Shown here in pieces: positions 37,701 through 51,311 of a stretch of 64,000 nt of DNA. Every line of letters starts with the position of its first letter. The stretch's first letter is position 1. Position numbers and translations under genes: made by a program. The DNA lies in contig NC_059437.1 of the NCBI RefSeq assembly GCF_021028975.2, forward strand, positions 33,852,001 through 33,916,000, written 5' to 3'. Source of the stretch: Sphaerodactylus townsendi. Its lineage: Eukaryota. The notes beneath the pieces were generated by a model. It was not told the origin of the DNA. It worked only from the letters and a program-made list of their open reading frames with translations, and did not search any database.

Positions 37701-40700
37701 ACCATCACTATTTCCCTGGTAGTGAATTTCACAGTTTAATTGCACATTAAATGACTTCATTCTGTCTATCCTGGACCTATTTCCCAGCAATTTTATTAGG
37801 TGCCCCCAAATTCTAGTATTAAGGGCGGGGGAGGAATCTTTCACTATCCACTTTCTCCAACCCTGTGCATAATTTTATAAACCCCTATCATGCCTCCCCT
37901 TAGCTGTGTTTTTGTAGACTGAAAAATTCCCTACTCTACAGCCTTTTCTCATAGGAAAGATGTTTTAACCCTCAGTTATGTTTTAACCCACATCTCAGTT
38001 GTCCTCCTTTGTCCTTTTTCCAGTTCTGTAACCTCCTTTTTGGGATACAGCTACCAGAACTGTGTACAGTTCTCTAAAGGTGGCCATACCATAGCTTCAT
38101 ATGGGTGCATTACAATATAGCCTGTTTTATTTTCAGTAATTCTTAATAATTCCTAGCATGGAGTTGGCCTTTTGCACTGCTGCCGTACACTGGGCGGTTG
38201 TTTTTAGTGAGCTTTCCACAGTAATCCCCAAATCACTTTCGCTCGCGTTGTCCGCCAGTTCCAGCCCCATCCGCATTAGGATTATTTGTTCCAGTATGCA
38301 TCAGCTTATACTTACCTCCGTTGAGCTTTGTTTGCTATCTGGTTGCCTACTCACCTAATTTAGAGAGATCCTCCTACAGCTCTTCACAATCCCCCTTGGT
38401 TTTTATCATCATGAATAATTTGGCATCATCTGCAAACTTGATTGCTACGTTGCTCAGCCCCAATTCCAGATCCCTTCTTTTCAAGTCTGTCCTTTGCCTT
38501 CACTTTCCTCCTCCTCTCCATCTTGTTCTCACTGTCCTTCTTCTGGTTTCACTGGAAATCACAACAGGATCTTTACCAGAGCTGCCTTGTAGCTCTGTGG
38601 GAAAGAGCACTGCATTGGCAGACGGGGTGTTTGTTTGAGTCCTGCTCTGAGGAGATGTCAAAGAAAGTTCATAAGGCCAGCAGCAGTAGTTATACATGCA
38701 ATGGTGGCAGGTAGAAGGTGCCAGCATTTGGGAACATCAAGCTGCAATGAAATCCACACTCTGCCTAATGACCATGCAACCCTCCCAAAGCCACCTGTTC
38801 GTCCCTTTCCTTGCTTTCACCAATTTGGTAACATTTGCATTTTGCACGCAGGGCTAATATCACAGGAAAAGTTCCCTGCCCTAGAAATAACCAGGCAATT
38901 TGACCTGAAATTGAAATATGTCAACCAGGCCTTACCTGAGTGGAGGATTCCAATCTTCCATGTTCAGGGTTGCAAACCCACAGGTTCTGCATCCAAGAAT
39001 CCACCCTCCTGGATCTGAGTTTCCTTCTTTCTCTTTCTGAAGGAAGAAATCTTTGTTGCTGAACAACACGTTTGTGATCCTTGCTGCTTTGCTGGTGGGA
39101 CTCAGCCGCATAGCAAAATCCTTTGAAATGATCATGCTGAGCAGATTCTTTGCAGGAATCAATTCTGGTAGGTAAAAATTAGTGGGTAACTATCACATTA
39201 ACAATGAGCTACATCTCAGCAACGGCAGCAGCATCTGAGTAAACATTTCTGGTCCACTACATGCAGCCAGCCTGGTTCCTCTTCTCTCTAGTCCCAACAA
39301 GCTCTCTAGTCCCAACAAGCTCTCTAGTCCCAACAGTTATAGCAGTTTTTGGTAAAGAGATGGTTATTAAAACTCATGAGTTTTCCCCCTAGTTTTGGCA
39401 GCAGCCTAGAGCTAAACACCAGGAACTGGAGTGTGTGTGTGTGAGAGAGAGAATACAGTTATAGACTGAGGGCATGTTCCCAACAACTGTTGGGTCACAG
39501 ACAACACTTGCAAAAAAACGTATATTGGGGAAACTCACTTTAAAAAATGCTGATTTGCTTGGCACTGTGATATGGTGCAGTAAGGGGGGGGGAGAGGGAG
39601 CTTCCATTTTCCATTTCACCCTACTTTTGACAGTGGGAATGGAGGCATGGGAGCTTTTTGCCCCATTTTCTGGCTCCACAAGTTCTTCCTAGGGCACAAG
39701 CACTCTAAGGTGAGTCCTCCTGATGACCAGCTGTGCACCTGAAACCTGGCATGTGTTGGGCGTGTTGTGTAGCTTGGCCCTGAGGGGGGAATATCGATCT
39801 AATCTGCTTGGTCTGCATCTTCTGCCCAGGGGTGAGCATGAACATTCAGCCCATGTACTTGGGGGAAAGTGCACCCAAGAAGCTTCGTGGAGCCGTGGCC
39901 CTGACGTCAGCATCCTTTACTGCCCTGGGGCTGGTGATGGGCCAAATTGTTGGTCTCAGGTGAGATACCTGGGAAGTACTGGGAAGGGAGGGTTCATTGT
40001 GACTTCTGGCCCAGCACAACGTTCTTCAAGGATGAAGTCACCCCAGAGCATTTGGGGTAGTTGTTAGTTATACCTGGCCTTTCTTCTGTCACTCAAGGCA
40101 GTACACCCAGGAGGGGGGACAATCACAGGATGTCTCCTATCAAGGTGCTGACCAGACCCAAAGCTGCTTCATGTGCTTTCAGACCATATTCTGAGCATCC
40201 CTTGTGGTAAAGTCCCTGCTTTAAGAGCCACAAGCAGGAGATTGGCAGCCATTCCTTAACTTCAATATATAGTGTTAGAATGTTTTGAAGGGGGACTTGA
40301 AAACTGCTCAGATGCTGTCTAGATGTCTTCCCTGCTGGGAACCGTCCTGGTACAACTGATTTGTGAAATGGGAGATGTCCCTTTGCAAACAAGTGAGACA
40401 GTTGCTCAGGGTTATAATGCTTCTGTCTCATGACGTTCTGCATTTTAATGCAGAGAAATACTAGGAGCAGAGGAGAATTGGCCTCTTCTTTTAGCCAGTA
40501 ATGCGGTGCCCAGTCTGATCCAGCTGTTGCTTCTGCCCTGGGTCCCAGAAAGCCCCCGATACCTACTGATTGATCGAGGAGATAAAGAGCTGTGCATTTG
40601 TGGTGAGTATGTGCTTCTGCATTAGCATCCAGGGGAGCAGGGGTTCTGGACTGTCCCAACCCAACAGAGTCAAGGCTGTTCTAGTGTAAAAGTTTGGGAT

Positions 40701-43700
40701 TCCATTCCAAAGTGGTCGCCTCCAGATTGCAATTTCTAGCTCTAAGGGGGATCTTGTATGCTACAGAGGCAGGGTTTTTGAATTGCCATGGCTGCAAGAG
40801 TCAGCTGCAGATGATTTGCAATGGCCTTAGGCAATTATATACTCCCAAAGACAGGGCCACCTCTTGGGCTCTTTCCCAGGTTACCAATAGCATGAGCTGA
40901 TCTTTGGCGAATTGCTTTAATTGGCCATCCTGACATTAGCACCAGGCTGTGGTACTTATTTGCACTGTTCATTCTCACTGGGATTTTCCCTTGAAGGAGA
41001 GGCTGGGCTTTGCAATATGTTAGCAATTCCAGTTTTCTAATAAATTTTGAAGCCTGCGCTAGCTGTTGGTCATTCTGTGACTGACTGTTTGAGTGGCTGA
41101 GTGTGATATGTATCAAGCGTAGACACTGGCGTAGCTCCAACAGGGACATCCGGGGCGGCTCGCCCCGGGCGGCTCCTGCCAGGTCACGTGGGGGGCGGCG
41201 GCTGCCGGTTGTGGCTGGGCTGCTGGGCATGCCTGGCCTTGCTGGGGCGGACGTGCAGCCCAAGCAGGCCTCCTTGTGGGCATGCTGAGGCTGCCTGAGG
41301 GGCGAGGAGTTCGAGGGGGCGGGCCCACAGATTGGACAGGCACCACATGTGACCTGATGGCTAGCAGAGGAGCAACGGAAAGGCTGCCGTAAAGGGAGCC
41401 CTTTCCACTTCCGTGAGACGAGCGCCTGCCTGCCGGAGCCTGAAGACAAACAACAGGTCAGGTAAGCAGCAGGCACTGGCTGGCAGGCAGCCAGACTGGC
41501 CTTGGATCCGGGCGGGCAGGGGCGGCAGCGACCCGCTGTTTGGGAGGGCAGGGGGTGGCCTGGATGACTCTCTTCCTCCCCTCGGCTGCTCTGGGGGTGT
41601 TTGGCGCACTCCATGGCCGGCAGGGCCTTCTGCAAGGATTTTCCTCCTGTAAGAGAGCTGGAGACTTTCTAGCAAGCTCTTGTACAGGATAAAAATCCTT
41701 GCAGAAGGCCCTGCTGGCCATGGAGCGCGCCAAACACCCCCAGAGCAGCTGAAGGCAGCCCAGCCAGGTCTTGATCCGAGGGGCGGGGGGCGGGGCGGGC
41801 GACAACCCGCTGTTTGGGAGGGCAGGGGGTGCCCTGGGCGACTCTCTCCCTCCCCTCGGCTGCTCTGGGGGTGTTTGGCGCGCTCCATGGCCAGCAGGGC
41901 CTTCTGCAAGGATTTTTCTCCTGTAAAAGAGCCTGCAAGAAAGTCTCCAGCTCTTTTACCGGAGAAAAATTCTTGCAGAAGGTCCTGCCAGCCACCAAGC
42001 ACCCCAAAAACATGTTCTATAATGTGATTGTGACTTTGAGATGACCTGGTGCAAAAAAATCATTCACTGGTAGTAGTGGTGGAGGGCAGCTGCCCATACG
42101 GGGGGAGGGGGGGCGCAAAACTCAGATTTCGTCCTGGGCTACATTTTCCCTAGCTACGCCCCTGAGCGTAGAGTTGGACCCTGATGCTACCTTTTTCTTT
42201 CCCTTTTACAGCGTTGCAGAAACTGCGGGGCAGCCTCGACTTGAACAATGAGATGAAGGAGATGCTGGCTGAACAGGCAGCCGTCCAAGGGAAGAAGGCC
42301 GAGGGCCCTTGGGAGCTGTTCTGGAACCCTGCCGTCAGGTGGCAGCTGATCACCATCCTTGTGCTCAGCAGTGCGATGCAGCTGTGTGGCAATGACTCGG
42401 CAAGTGCAGTGGAGGAGGCTGACGGAACTTTTGGCTTAGGTCCCAGCTCCCTGTTAAGAAACTGTTAAGGGCATGTTGGGTCAGGGCTGATTGGACAGCT
42501 ATGGAACTACAGGGCCTTTTCCAAAAAAAATGCTAGAATGCTGCCTGGAATCAGTTTTGCACTTCCATGGAGAAAGTGTAAAATAATCTCATGAGCTTCA
42601 AAACTGTTTGGAAATGTACATTGTTGTTAACTTCAGTTTTGTCGTCCTGGTTGCTGGATATTCTTTGAAGTACCGTTTTCCATGTGCCTTTCCAGCTACT
42701 CTGACTTACCAGCTACACTGGTATACCTTAGGAGATAAGAGGTCCACAGTATATTCCTAAATAATTGAGGTCCTTCAAAGCAGTGTTCTTCAGTTAGCTT
42801 TGAATGGTGTAATTTTGTTTAGGGGTATTTGGTAGTGCAATCCTATGCAAGTTTATTCAGAAATAAGCCCCACTTTGTTCAGATGGGTTTACTCCCAGGT
42901 AAGCATGCACAGGATTGCAACCTTAACTTGCTACTCTGATGCCAAGGGCTACCTGTAGTCATTGTTTGAATAAAACTACAGTATTTGTTTTTTATAACTT
43001 CATCAGTATACCAACCAATAGCAGTTGTATTTAAATAATGCATGTTACGTCCTTAAAGTATAAAATGAGTTTAGGTATGATTTGAAAAAGTATTACCTAT
43101 GTACATTTCAAACCCCCCCCCGCCCCGCCCCCCCCCCCCCCACACACACACATTTCCGATCCTACCCCAGTAAGGGGAAAAAATTTTTTCCTTTGGCTTC
43201 AGATCTTAAAACTGTCATGGCAATAGTACAGAACTGCCTTGAAAGTTGCTACAATGATTGTGAAGCACTTTGAACACTTAAAAGCATTGTTGCAAATGCC
43301 AGGTATTGTTGACTACATTCTCAAAGGGCAATCCAGATGTTGGGGAAGCTCTCTTCCCATCTCAAATTCCTAAATGTGCATTATGACAAATCAGGGAAGT
43401 ATGAAGCAAATGATCTATGAATCTATGAATTTTCACCTATGTGTTTTCTTTCTTTCTCTATCCAGATGTACTTCTATGCTACCTATGTTTTCCAGGAAGC
43501 AGGAATTCCTTATGACAAAATCCAGTACTACATTATTGGCACAGGAAGCTGTGAACTGATTACAGCTATAACTTGTGTGAGAATCAATGAGAATGACTTG
43601 TGTGAGAATCAATGAGTGCTTTTCTGCCTTTGGCTCAATGGACCTCAGTTTGGGATATAAGCTATTCCCAGAGGAAATGGAGCTTCTCCCTCCGCCCCCC

Positions 43701-46700
43701 TGCCCAGGCCTTGTGTACCTTCCCTTCTCACTGTGATGTTGACTGTATGCTAGCTCAGCTTTTGGTTCGGGCAGCACTTTTTTGACCTGGCTCCTTCTTG
43801 GCCCCATGGCTTCTTGTGTTTTCTCTGGCAGAGGGTAGAAGTGAACATCCCAGGGAGGGTTCAGACAATAGCTATTGTGTGTTTGAGTGGTTCCTTATGA
43901 TCGTAGTCTGAAAAATTTTGTGGCAGAGAAGTGGCTGGATGGTCCTAGATTCCCTGTTCTTCCTGATCCAGCATCAGCAGGACATTTCTTGCAGCAAGAA
44001 GAAGATGCAGATTGTCTTTGGTGACTCCAAGCATGGCCTGGAAGCTACTAGAGCAGGAGTCTGCAACCTGCGGCTCTCTAGATGTTCGTGGACTACAAAT
44101 CTCATCAGCCCCTGCCAGCTATTTTATCTCCCTCACAGGGGACCAATAAGGGGAAAGAAAAGCTGAAGGGTGGCCATTTCACCTTCCAAATGTTTTTCTC
44201 TGGGATTCCCCAACCAATTGTTGTGCCAGTTAATGAGAAAGGGGGAAAGTGGAGAGGCAGACAATGCCACCCACGTTCAAACTGTTATATGTGCTTTTTC
44301 TCCATTCTACACACTGGCCACGCCTGAAACTTGGGATGGCATTTCATCCAGCTTATCCCCAGAGCCTTCTGCTTCTGCACAAGCTCAGAAGAAGGATAAA
44401 AACAGAGCTGTACCCCAAAAGACCATTTAGTCTATTTCACAAGCAGTCAGCAGATGTGCTCCAAGGCAACCTGGCCATGCACATTTTTATGGTTGAGAAA
44501 GTTAACCAGAGTGTGAGTTTCCGATAGTTATCAGGGGTCATGATTGAAAGACCAGTGGAGCTGGATCAAATGAGAGCAGCAACAACAACCTGCCCCCCAG
44601 TGAGTTTCCTGTGTTGTTTTATTCCAGAACCTCATCATAGAACGTGCCGGGCGAAGGATGCTGGTGATAGGGGGATACAGTCTTATGGCTGTGTGGGCCG
44701 TGGTCTTCATGGTGGCTTTATCCCTGCAGGTATCCAGTTGGTGGAAGTGGGGTGAATTGCACCAACAGGGGTGAAGTATGAGTCAAACTCCTTGTGATCT
44801 CGTTTTCTACTGTCTTCTTGGTCTTACAGGATCAATATAGCTGGATGCCTTACCTCAGCATGGCTTGCATCTTTGCCTATATCCTGAGCTTTGGAATTGG
44901 TCCAGGTTAGCCATTACTGGATTTCTTTTCTCATGCATGTCAAACTGAAACAGGGGCAGCCTTGCATGTCATTGTAGCATCAATATTTAGATGAGAAGTC
45001 CTAGTATCCATGAGGACTAGGCACCCTCAAATGGAGATTCTCAATCTTATATCTCCCTTCTCCGGTGGACCCCTCTCCCAAGAGTCTATGTGAAGCGTAC
45101 TGACAAAAGGACCCAACTATTGTTTCTGGAAATACCAGTCCTGGGGGGACAATGTTGAAAGCCAGGGACAGGTAACAAAGGAGATACAGTAGATATGGTG
45201 TGGAGAGAGGAGTAGACAGTCTGGTTCAACCTTCTAATTTAGACCACTCCTTACTGTCACTGCAAATGAAAAGTTATCATTTGGCCTCATGACACCAGAC
45301 TCCCAGCAGCCAAAGCCAGCAGACTTGTCACATTAGTGAAATAAAATTACAGACTAATTATAAGTATTATGGACTTGATTGGTAGTGGCCTTGAGGCTTT
45401 CTTCCACAGTCTTGAAGAAAATCTATGTATGGCACATCCAGGTATCTATAATGTGAAAGGGTTACTTAGAAGTGGGACAGAGAATTTTTGGCAATTGCTG
45501 TATTATTTGTTTGTGCTACGAAACAATTAATTTGCTTGCTTTGTATAGCTGGTGTGACAGGAATCTTACCCACTGAGATTTTTGATCAGATGACTCGCCC
45601 AGCTGGCTACATGATCTGTGGCTCTTTGATCTGGACCAACCTATTTCTGGTGGGAATGGCATTTCCTTTCATTGTGGTGGGTATATTATATATATGATAG
45701 TTTCAGAGAGTAGTCATGTTGGTAACTCTCAAAAACTTGTACCCCCAAATCTTGCTAGTCTGTAGTAATATAAATGATGTTGTTCTAGATCCAAGTGTTA
45801 ATGCAAGGAGTAAAATTGAGTCATTGTAAACCAAATGTGCCTTCTTCTCAGCATCTTTTACATGTTTACCTTATAGGTAGGCATGTAACTATACTATATA
45901 ATTTCTGCACCATTTAAAGTGTCATGTTAATATCTATGCTTTGCTTTGGTCCTGTTTTTAAATTTCTGATTTCTTCTACAACCCTAGTCCTATAATATGT
46001 TTTTTTATTGTCTCATTGTGTTCATTGTATTGACTCACTCTATGTAATTCACCTTGAGTCCATGTGAGAAAGGTGGATGATAAATAACGTGCATAAATCA
46101 ATAAATAAGAGGCCTATTTATACTTAACTGTTGCATTTTAAAATGGCTGACAGTGTCAGTCAGGACAGCTTCCTTTCCGATTCTGAGGCCTTGCTGCTGT
46201 GTCTCTTGCTTCTCCACTCCTGGGCCCTATGGTGACGATTTACAGCCTGGTGCACACCTGGAGGAATTTCTTTTTTCCAACTGTTCAGGATGGTGGAAGT
46301 CTATATGGCACAAAGAACTGTTACCAGCATCCAACATTTAAAAATATTTATTAAAAAGAAAATGTTTACAAGCATACTTTTAGCACAGCACCAGATTGAT
46401 GAAGGGATTCAGAATAAATGAGAGATAAACGTAATTTCCTCTGTCCCTCCTTCTTATACATACCCTATCAGATGGTATCACAGGGTAGACTCTTAAGGTT
46501 AGAATATTATAGGTCTCAAAGAGTTCCCATTACCAGGAAGATTGTGCCAGCTCCCTGGGATAGCACATGGGCAAGATGGCTGCCTTCCTCAGACCTCTGA
46601 GTTCTGTCCCCTTCAATGGTCCCATCCAGTTGAGACCTTTCTCCCAAGAGTCAATTTCCAGTCCCCATCCCTTGACCTGGTCAGTCTGGATGCAGGAAAC

Positions 46701-47362
46701 TTCCTGCTAGTTCCAAGTGTCCTCTTCCTGACATCCTTCTATCCTTTTAAGACCTCCAAATCTGTCATACCTGATTGGAGAAGGGGGTGGGTTGGCTCAT
46801 TCCATTGACTCTTGCTATCCCTATTTGCATTTCTAAAAAGGTGGCTGAGATGAAGCAGGTAAGCTGGGGTGTCCAACTCTGGCGCTTCAGATGTTCATGA
46901 ACTACAATTCCCATCAGCCCCATGCCAGCAGGGGCTTGTGGGAATTGTAGTCCATGAACACCTGAAGGGCCAGAGTTGGACACCCCTGAGGTAAGCAATT
47001 GAAATTACTTCCCCCTCCCTCCAGCCCAGAGGGGGGGAAATGCTTAAATGTTATTTTCAAACTTCGCACTTCCCATTCAGTTGTTTAATGTGTAAGAAGT
47101 GATAACTTATTTTCTAATGCCTTTTTGTTTTCTCTCCCTCTCCCCCCCTCCCCTCCCCCAGCAAGGCTTGGGCTACCTCTGCTATCTTCCTTTTCTCACC
47201 GTTTGTGTCCTTACTGCTCTATATGTCAGCTTCTTCCTCCCCGAGACCAGGGGGAAAAGCCTTCTGGAAATCTCTGAAGAGTTCAACAAGCGCAATTTCA
47301 AAACTCAAACTTGTGAGAATTCCTGGACAAACTTTGAGGATACCAAATCCACCATGTTGTAA
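34419..47362 (+). CDS. SLC2A11: Solute carrier family 2 member 11 (GLUT11), 12 coding exons, 502 aa
   Basis: Exons: 34419-34457, 35727-35825, 35928-36088, 39043-39167, 39830-39959, 40454-40602, 42212-42399 (GC donor), 43466-43576, 44628-44729, 44830-44905, 45549-45676, 47162-47362 (1509 nt, open). GLUT11-type motifs: [85 protein letters not shown]-terminus STML. Exon 1 is less certain than the rest. Confidence 0.92.
36737..37045 (-). mobile_element. Squam3-like SINE in SLC2A11 intron 3
   Basis: Same family as the 15.3- and 32.2-kb copies, with an (AAG)n tail on plus. Confidence 0.8.
37450..38472 (-). mobile_element. CR1 LINE 3' fragment
   Basis: Minus-strand KFADD (TCATCTGCAAACTT ~38426-38439) and [18 protein letters not shown]-terminal remnant; degenerate. 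Confidence 0.75.
39284..39335. repeat. 18-bp minisatellite x3 (CTCTCTAGTCCCAACAAG)
   Basis: Direct reading of the sequence. Confidence 0.9.
41124..42164. mobile_element. GC-rich non-autonomous hAT element (1041 bp) with internal inverted repeats
   Basis: TIRs CACTGGCGTAGCT / AGCTACGCCCCTG; perfect 8-bp TSD AGCGTAGA (41116-41123, 42165-42172). Confidence 0.9.
46865..46988. mobile_element. Palindromic hAT MITE
   Basis: GGGGTGTCCAACTCTGGC / GCCAGAGTTGGACACCCC inverted ends; TSD AGGTAAGC. Same family as 29892-30074 and the partial copy at ~44053-44120. Confidence 0.8.
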
Positions 47363-47737
47363 CCACTGAGCAAGCCGAAGAGATGGTGGGAATAAGAAAA
47401 TCTATCCCAATTCTCCTGGTTGAGAATTGAACCCAGTTTTTGTGGTAGTATGGGTAGAATCCTTTTTCCACTTCTGAAACATAAAGACTGTGCGGAAATG
47501 TCCTTGCCTCAAAATCTATATTTCAAATTAGCGCATGAAAATTCTCACTTCAAAACATATGGACTCAAAATGCAGACTTCAGAACTGGCATGAATTTTAG
47601 TGCAAATTCTGAATGGAGTTTCAGTATTTGAGCTTGATTTTAACTCTCAGTAAGTGTATAAAAGCAGGAATAATCACAGTCTGGTGGCAGCCAACTATCT
47701 CCACCTTTGAAGCTTAAATATCAGTGTTTTGTACATA

Positions 47738-47743
47738 AATAAA
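47738..47743 (+). terminator. Candidate polyadenylation signal of SLC2A11
   Basis: AATAAA ~375 nt after the stop codon, in an AT-rich 3' UTR. Confidence 0.4.
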
Positions 47744-48342
47744 GGATATAGAAATTATTCATAGCATACATTTTGAGGCAATTCAGTATTTTAAATAAAT
47801 TTGAAACAAATGTTTAAAAACCAGTTATGGATATCTCAGGTTTTAAAATCTATAAACCCGCACCCCAAAACCTGTGCATCAGATTCTGAAAATGAATTCA
47901 GATGTTCAAACTGATGGGAAGTTCTTGTTGGAGGATCGAGGACTTGATGCAAAAGATCAGGAATTATGTTTTGTTTTTGTTTTTTAAATTAATTAGCAGC
48001 CTCAGGGCACTGGGACAGAAAATGTTTAGCTGCCTCCTCCCATATTTTGCTCTTTTACTGTTGATGCCATCCCACCCCACTCACGCACAAAACTAACTAT
48101 AACTTTGGAAAGTGATATCATTTAATCAGCAAAAAGAACAGGAAAGGCAAGTGTTAAATAACCTTACCCAAAACAGAAGGAAAAAGCTTGTGGTACCATA
48201 AAAACTACACATTTGTAGCACTGGGCATTCGTTATAACTCTTTTGTTGATGCCTTTGATCCCTGATTTCAGGCTCCAGTAGCAAAAAAAATATGTCATGG
48301 CAGAAGTCATCACTGATATTCATTATTTAATAAATCATTTGG

Positions 48343-50136
48343 ATTTTATTTTATTTATTTTATTTATTTTTGAGGCTTTTATACCGCCCCATCCCCGAAG
48401 GGCTCTGGGCGGTGTACAACAGATAAAAGCAGCAATACAGAATTAAAACGTTAAAAGTAGCGAACAATATTTAACAAAGGAATGAAAATATAAGTGGCGT
48501 CCAACAGCTTAATTTTAAAATTCCCTCCCCACCCCCACCCCACCCCCCAGAGGGAGGCATGGCAGTCTCATTGGTTGGCAAACGACCCAGATGTCAGGGT
48601 CGGACGAGGGCCGGGGGCACCTTCACATCAGCTGCCATTGCACCTTTCCAAAGGTCCCGGCGGAACAGCTTTGAATTCTTTACAGGCCCTGGCGGAACTC
48701 GCCACTGAGGTCCCCAAGCGAGGGCCCGGACACGCTGGAGCTGAGAGCGTTCCACCAGGCCAGGGCCAGAGCTCAGTAAAGGCCCACGCCCGCGTGGAAG
48801 GCTACAGCCACATCATTGAGGGGGCCAGGGACCACTCAATAAATTGGCCTCAAGCCGAACGGGAGAGGCTGTGCAGGGAACATACGGGGGTGATGCGGTC
48901 ACCGAAGATTCACGATGCTCCCAGGCCGCCAGTAAGGCCTTAAAGGTTAATACCAACACCCTTGAAAATGATCCGGAACTCTACTGGAAGCCAGTGCAGC
49001 TTGACGTAATATAGGCTGGATATATGGTCCCAGGTGAAGCGCTACCACGTCAACAGCAAACGCGCCGCCACAAGATGCTGGACCAGTTTTAATCTCCGGA
49101 TCAAGCTGCAAGGGAAGGCGTCCCCGTAGAGCGAAGTTACAATAGTCTAATCTGGAGATGACCGCTATGCGGCGGATCACGGTGGCTAGGTCCGCTTTGG
49201 GAGAGGGAAGGGGAGCCAGCCAGCCGGGCCTGGGTCGTAAGGTGTGGAAGAAAGCAGCTCCGGAAAGTTTTCGTATGGGCCACCTGGGTCTCCATTTCGA
49301 GAGCAGACAAATCCAGGTGGATTCCCCCAGGCTGCGGACGGAGGGGGTCGGCGCCAATGTGGCCCCCTCCCACACCGGCAGCTGGAAAAGCCCTCCCTCC
49401 CCCTCGCAGCCAAGCCAGAAGAGGATCTCCCGTCTTCGATGGGTTCAGTTGTAACCTGCTCTTGTCGCCAAACCATCCAGCAACCGCCTCCAAACAGTGC
49501 TGTAGAGCCGCGAGGGGCTGCGTGCTGCTGCTCCTCCATCAACTGAATGAGCTGAGTGTCATCTGCATACTGATGACAAATCAGCCCAAAACTCCGCACC
49601 AGCTGAGCAAGGGGTTGCATATAGATGTTAAACAACAGCGGGGATAATAGTGCTCCCTCTGGGGTACACCGCGACCTGGAAGCAGGCACTTCTGGGAGGC
49701 CTGATCCCCGCGACCCTCACTTGCTGATTCCGACCTCCGAGAGAAATGAGACTATCCATTGAAGGGACAGTGCCCTGCACTCCAGAGGCGGCCAGGTGGT
49801 GGGTCAAAAGGTCATGGTCGACCATATCAAACGCTGCGGTAAGATCTAACAACACCAGCTTGGCGCCGATCACGGCCTTTGGTCAAGCTGTTGATACCGG
49901 AGTGTAGTCTGCCAATGACGGGCCGCACGTAGAACAATCTCCGTCCCATGCCCAGCACAGAAGCCGGACTGGAAGGGGTCGAAAGCCGATGCGTCATCCA
50001 GAAAGCCTTGAAGCTGCTCCAGCACCACTCTCTCAATTACCTTCCCCAGAAACGAAAGATTCGAAACGGGGCGGTAATTGGCCAGATCACTCGGATCTAA
50101 CGATGGTCTTTTTAAGAGTGGGTGGGTTTTAACCAC
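48343..50136 (-). mobile_element. 5'-truncated L2/CR1-group LINE with RT domain, heavily frameshifted
   Basis: Minus-strand pieces LDPSDLANYRPVSNLSFLGKVIERVV..DPFQSGF..HGTE, LVLLDLTAAFDMVDH, LSPLLFNIYM..CHQYADDTQL, LQLNPSKT, SRLDYCN in different frames; (AAAT)n-like tail at ~48343-48371. Confidence 0.9.
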
Positions 50137-51311
50137 TTATTAATGCTGTTCTTGGTGAAATAATGGTATGCTGGGAAGACTTGGTAGAAAAACGCTTTGA
50201 TATTGTAGTATCTGATTATATATGGAACAACATGTCCTTGGAAGGAGCAATGATAACTGACTATTCTCGCAACCCACTGAAGAGTTTTAGAAAATGAGTC
50301 AGGCCTGGTTGGATATAAACTCATGTAATGAACACATGCATACAATTTGGCTTCCCCACATACACGTGGGCAAATAATGGAAGGGAGGGTTATTTGCAGG
50401 CAAGTCTTGATCTCAAGCCTTCAAACAAGGCTGCTAATGGGAGGTGGACCTGGAGTTCAGCAAGGGAGCTCGAGGAGGAGCAGCACCCCTGAAAAAGGAT
50501 ATACAAACCCCAGTTCAGCAAATAGGACTGAGTACCACTGTATCCTTCCTGCCACAGAAATTCACAGATTCAAGTAGGCACTTTATTTCAGTTCGAAAGC
50601 ATCTTTAACCAACCCACACAGTTATAAAGGTAGAAAGTCAGCAGGGGATGGGAACTATCCAGTTTTTTCCAGGGAGTGTCACGTGTAAGATTATCTGTGG
50701 GTGAGTGAATTGATCCATGGAGCTTTTGGCTCTCATGAAGCTAGTTTGTTTTCCTAAGGCTACAGTTGCTGACCAGGAGAAGGTGAGGGGGAGATTTTTT
50801 AAAAAGGTATGACCTCTGCAAAATGAATTGCCATTACTGAGTGTTCACCACAAGTCTATGGTAGATTCTGCCTATCTACCCCTTGATGCTGAGTGCTACC
50901 ACCTCCTTTCCATTACCAGCAGCACACTGAATCTTTCCTAAATGTTGCTGTTCTAAACACCAGCATGTGACATGTTCTTTTTCCTTTGAGGATTGAAGAA
51001 GCCTACTTGTGAGGCTAAAATCAGGGGGCCTGATTAGTCTGGCAAAAGAAACTCGAGGAAGTTTTTCTCAGATTTCCACGGGTCAGTCAGGTATTAATGT
51101 GTTGAGAACTGTCCTCATGATGACTCAGGGGTAGTGTCTCTGCTTCTTGAAATGGTTAACCCAACAGAATTCACCTTCAACCATTTCCCAATGAGACTGT
51201 AATGCACTTAAATTCCTGAAGTCAAATTTCAACTTCAGTTCCTGCTTTTGAACGAGAAGCTTACATCAGACAACGGCCTTTCACCAGCTGGAGCAGGATT
51301 TTTCAAAGACA

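Noticed and set aside
40835-42044. Long ORFs (266, 213, 115 aa) in SLC2A11 intron 6
   Set aside because: They arise from the GC-rich repetitive hAT element and show no transposase or other recognisable domain.
44730-44829. SLC2A11 intron 9 as U12-type (donor GTATCCAG)
   Set aside because: It lacks the TT at +7/+8 and a TCCTTAAC branch, has a CAG| exon end and a polypyrimidine tract, and the paralogue's equivalent donor is GTAAGT.
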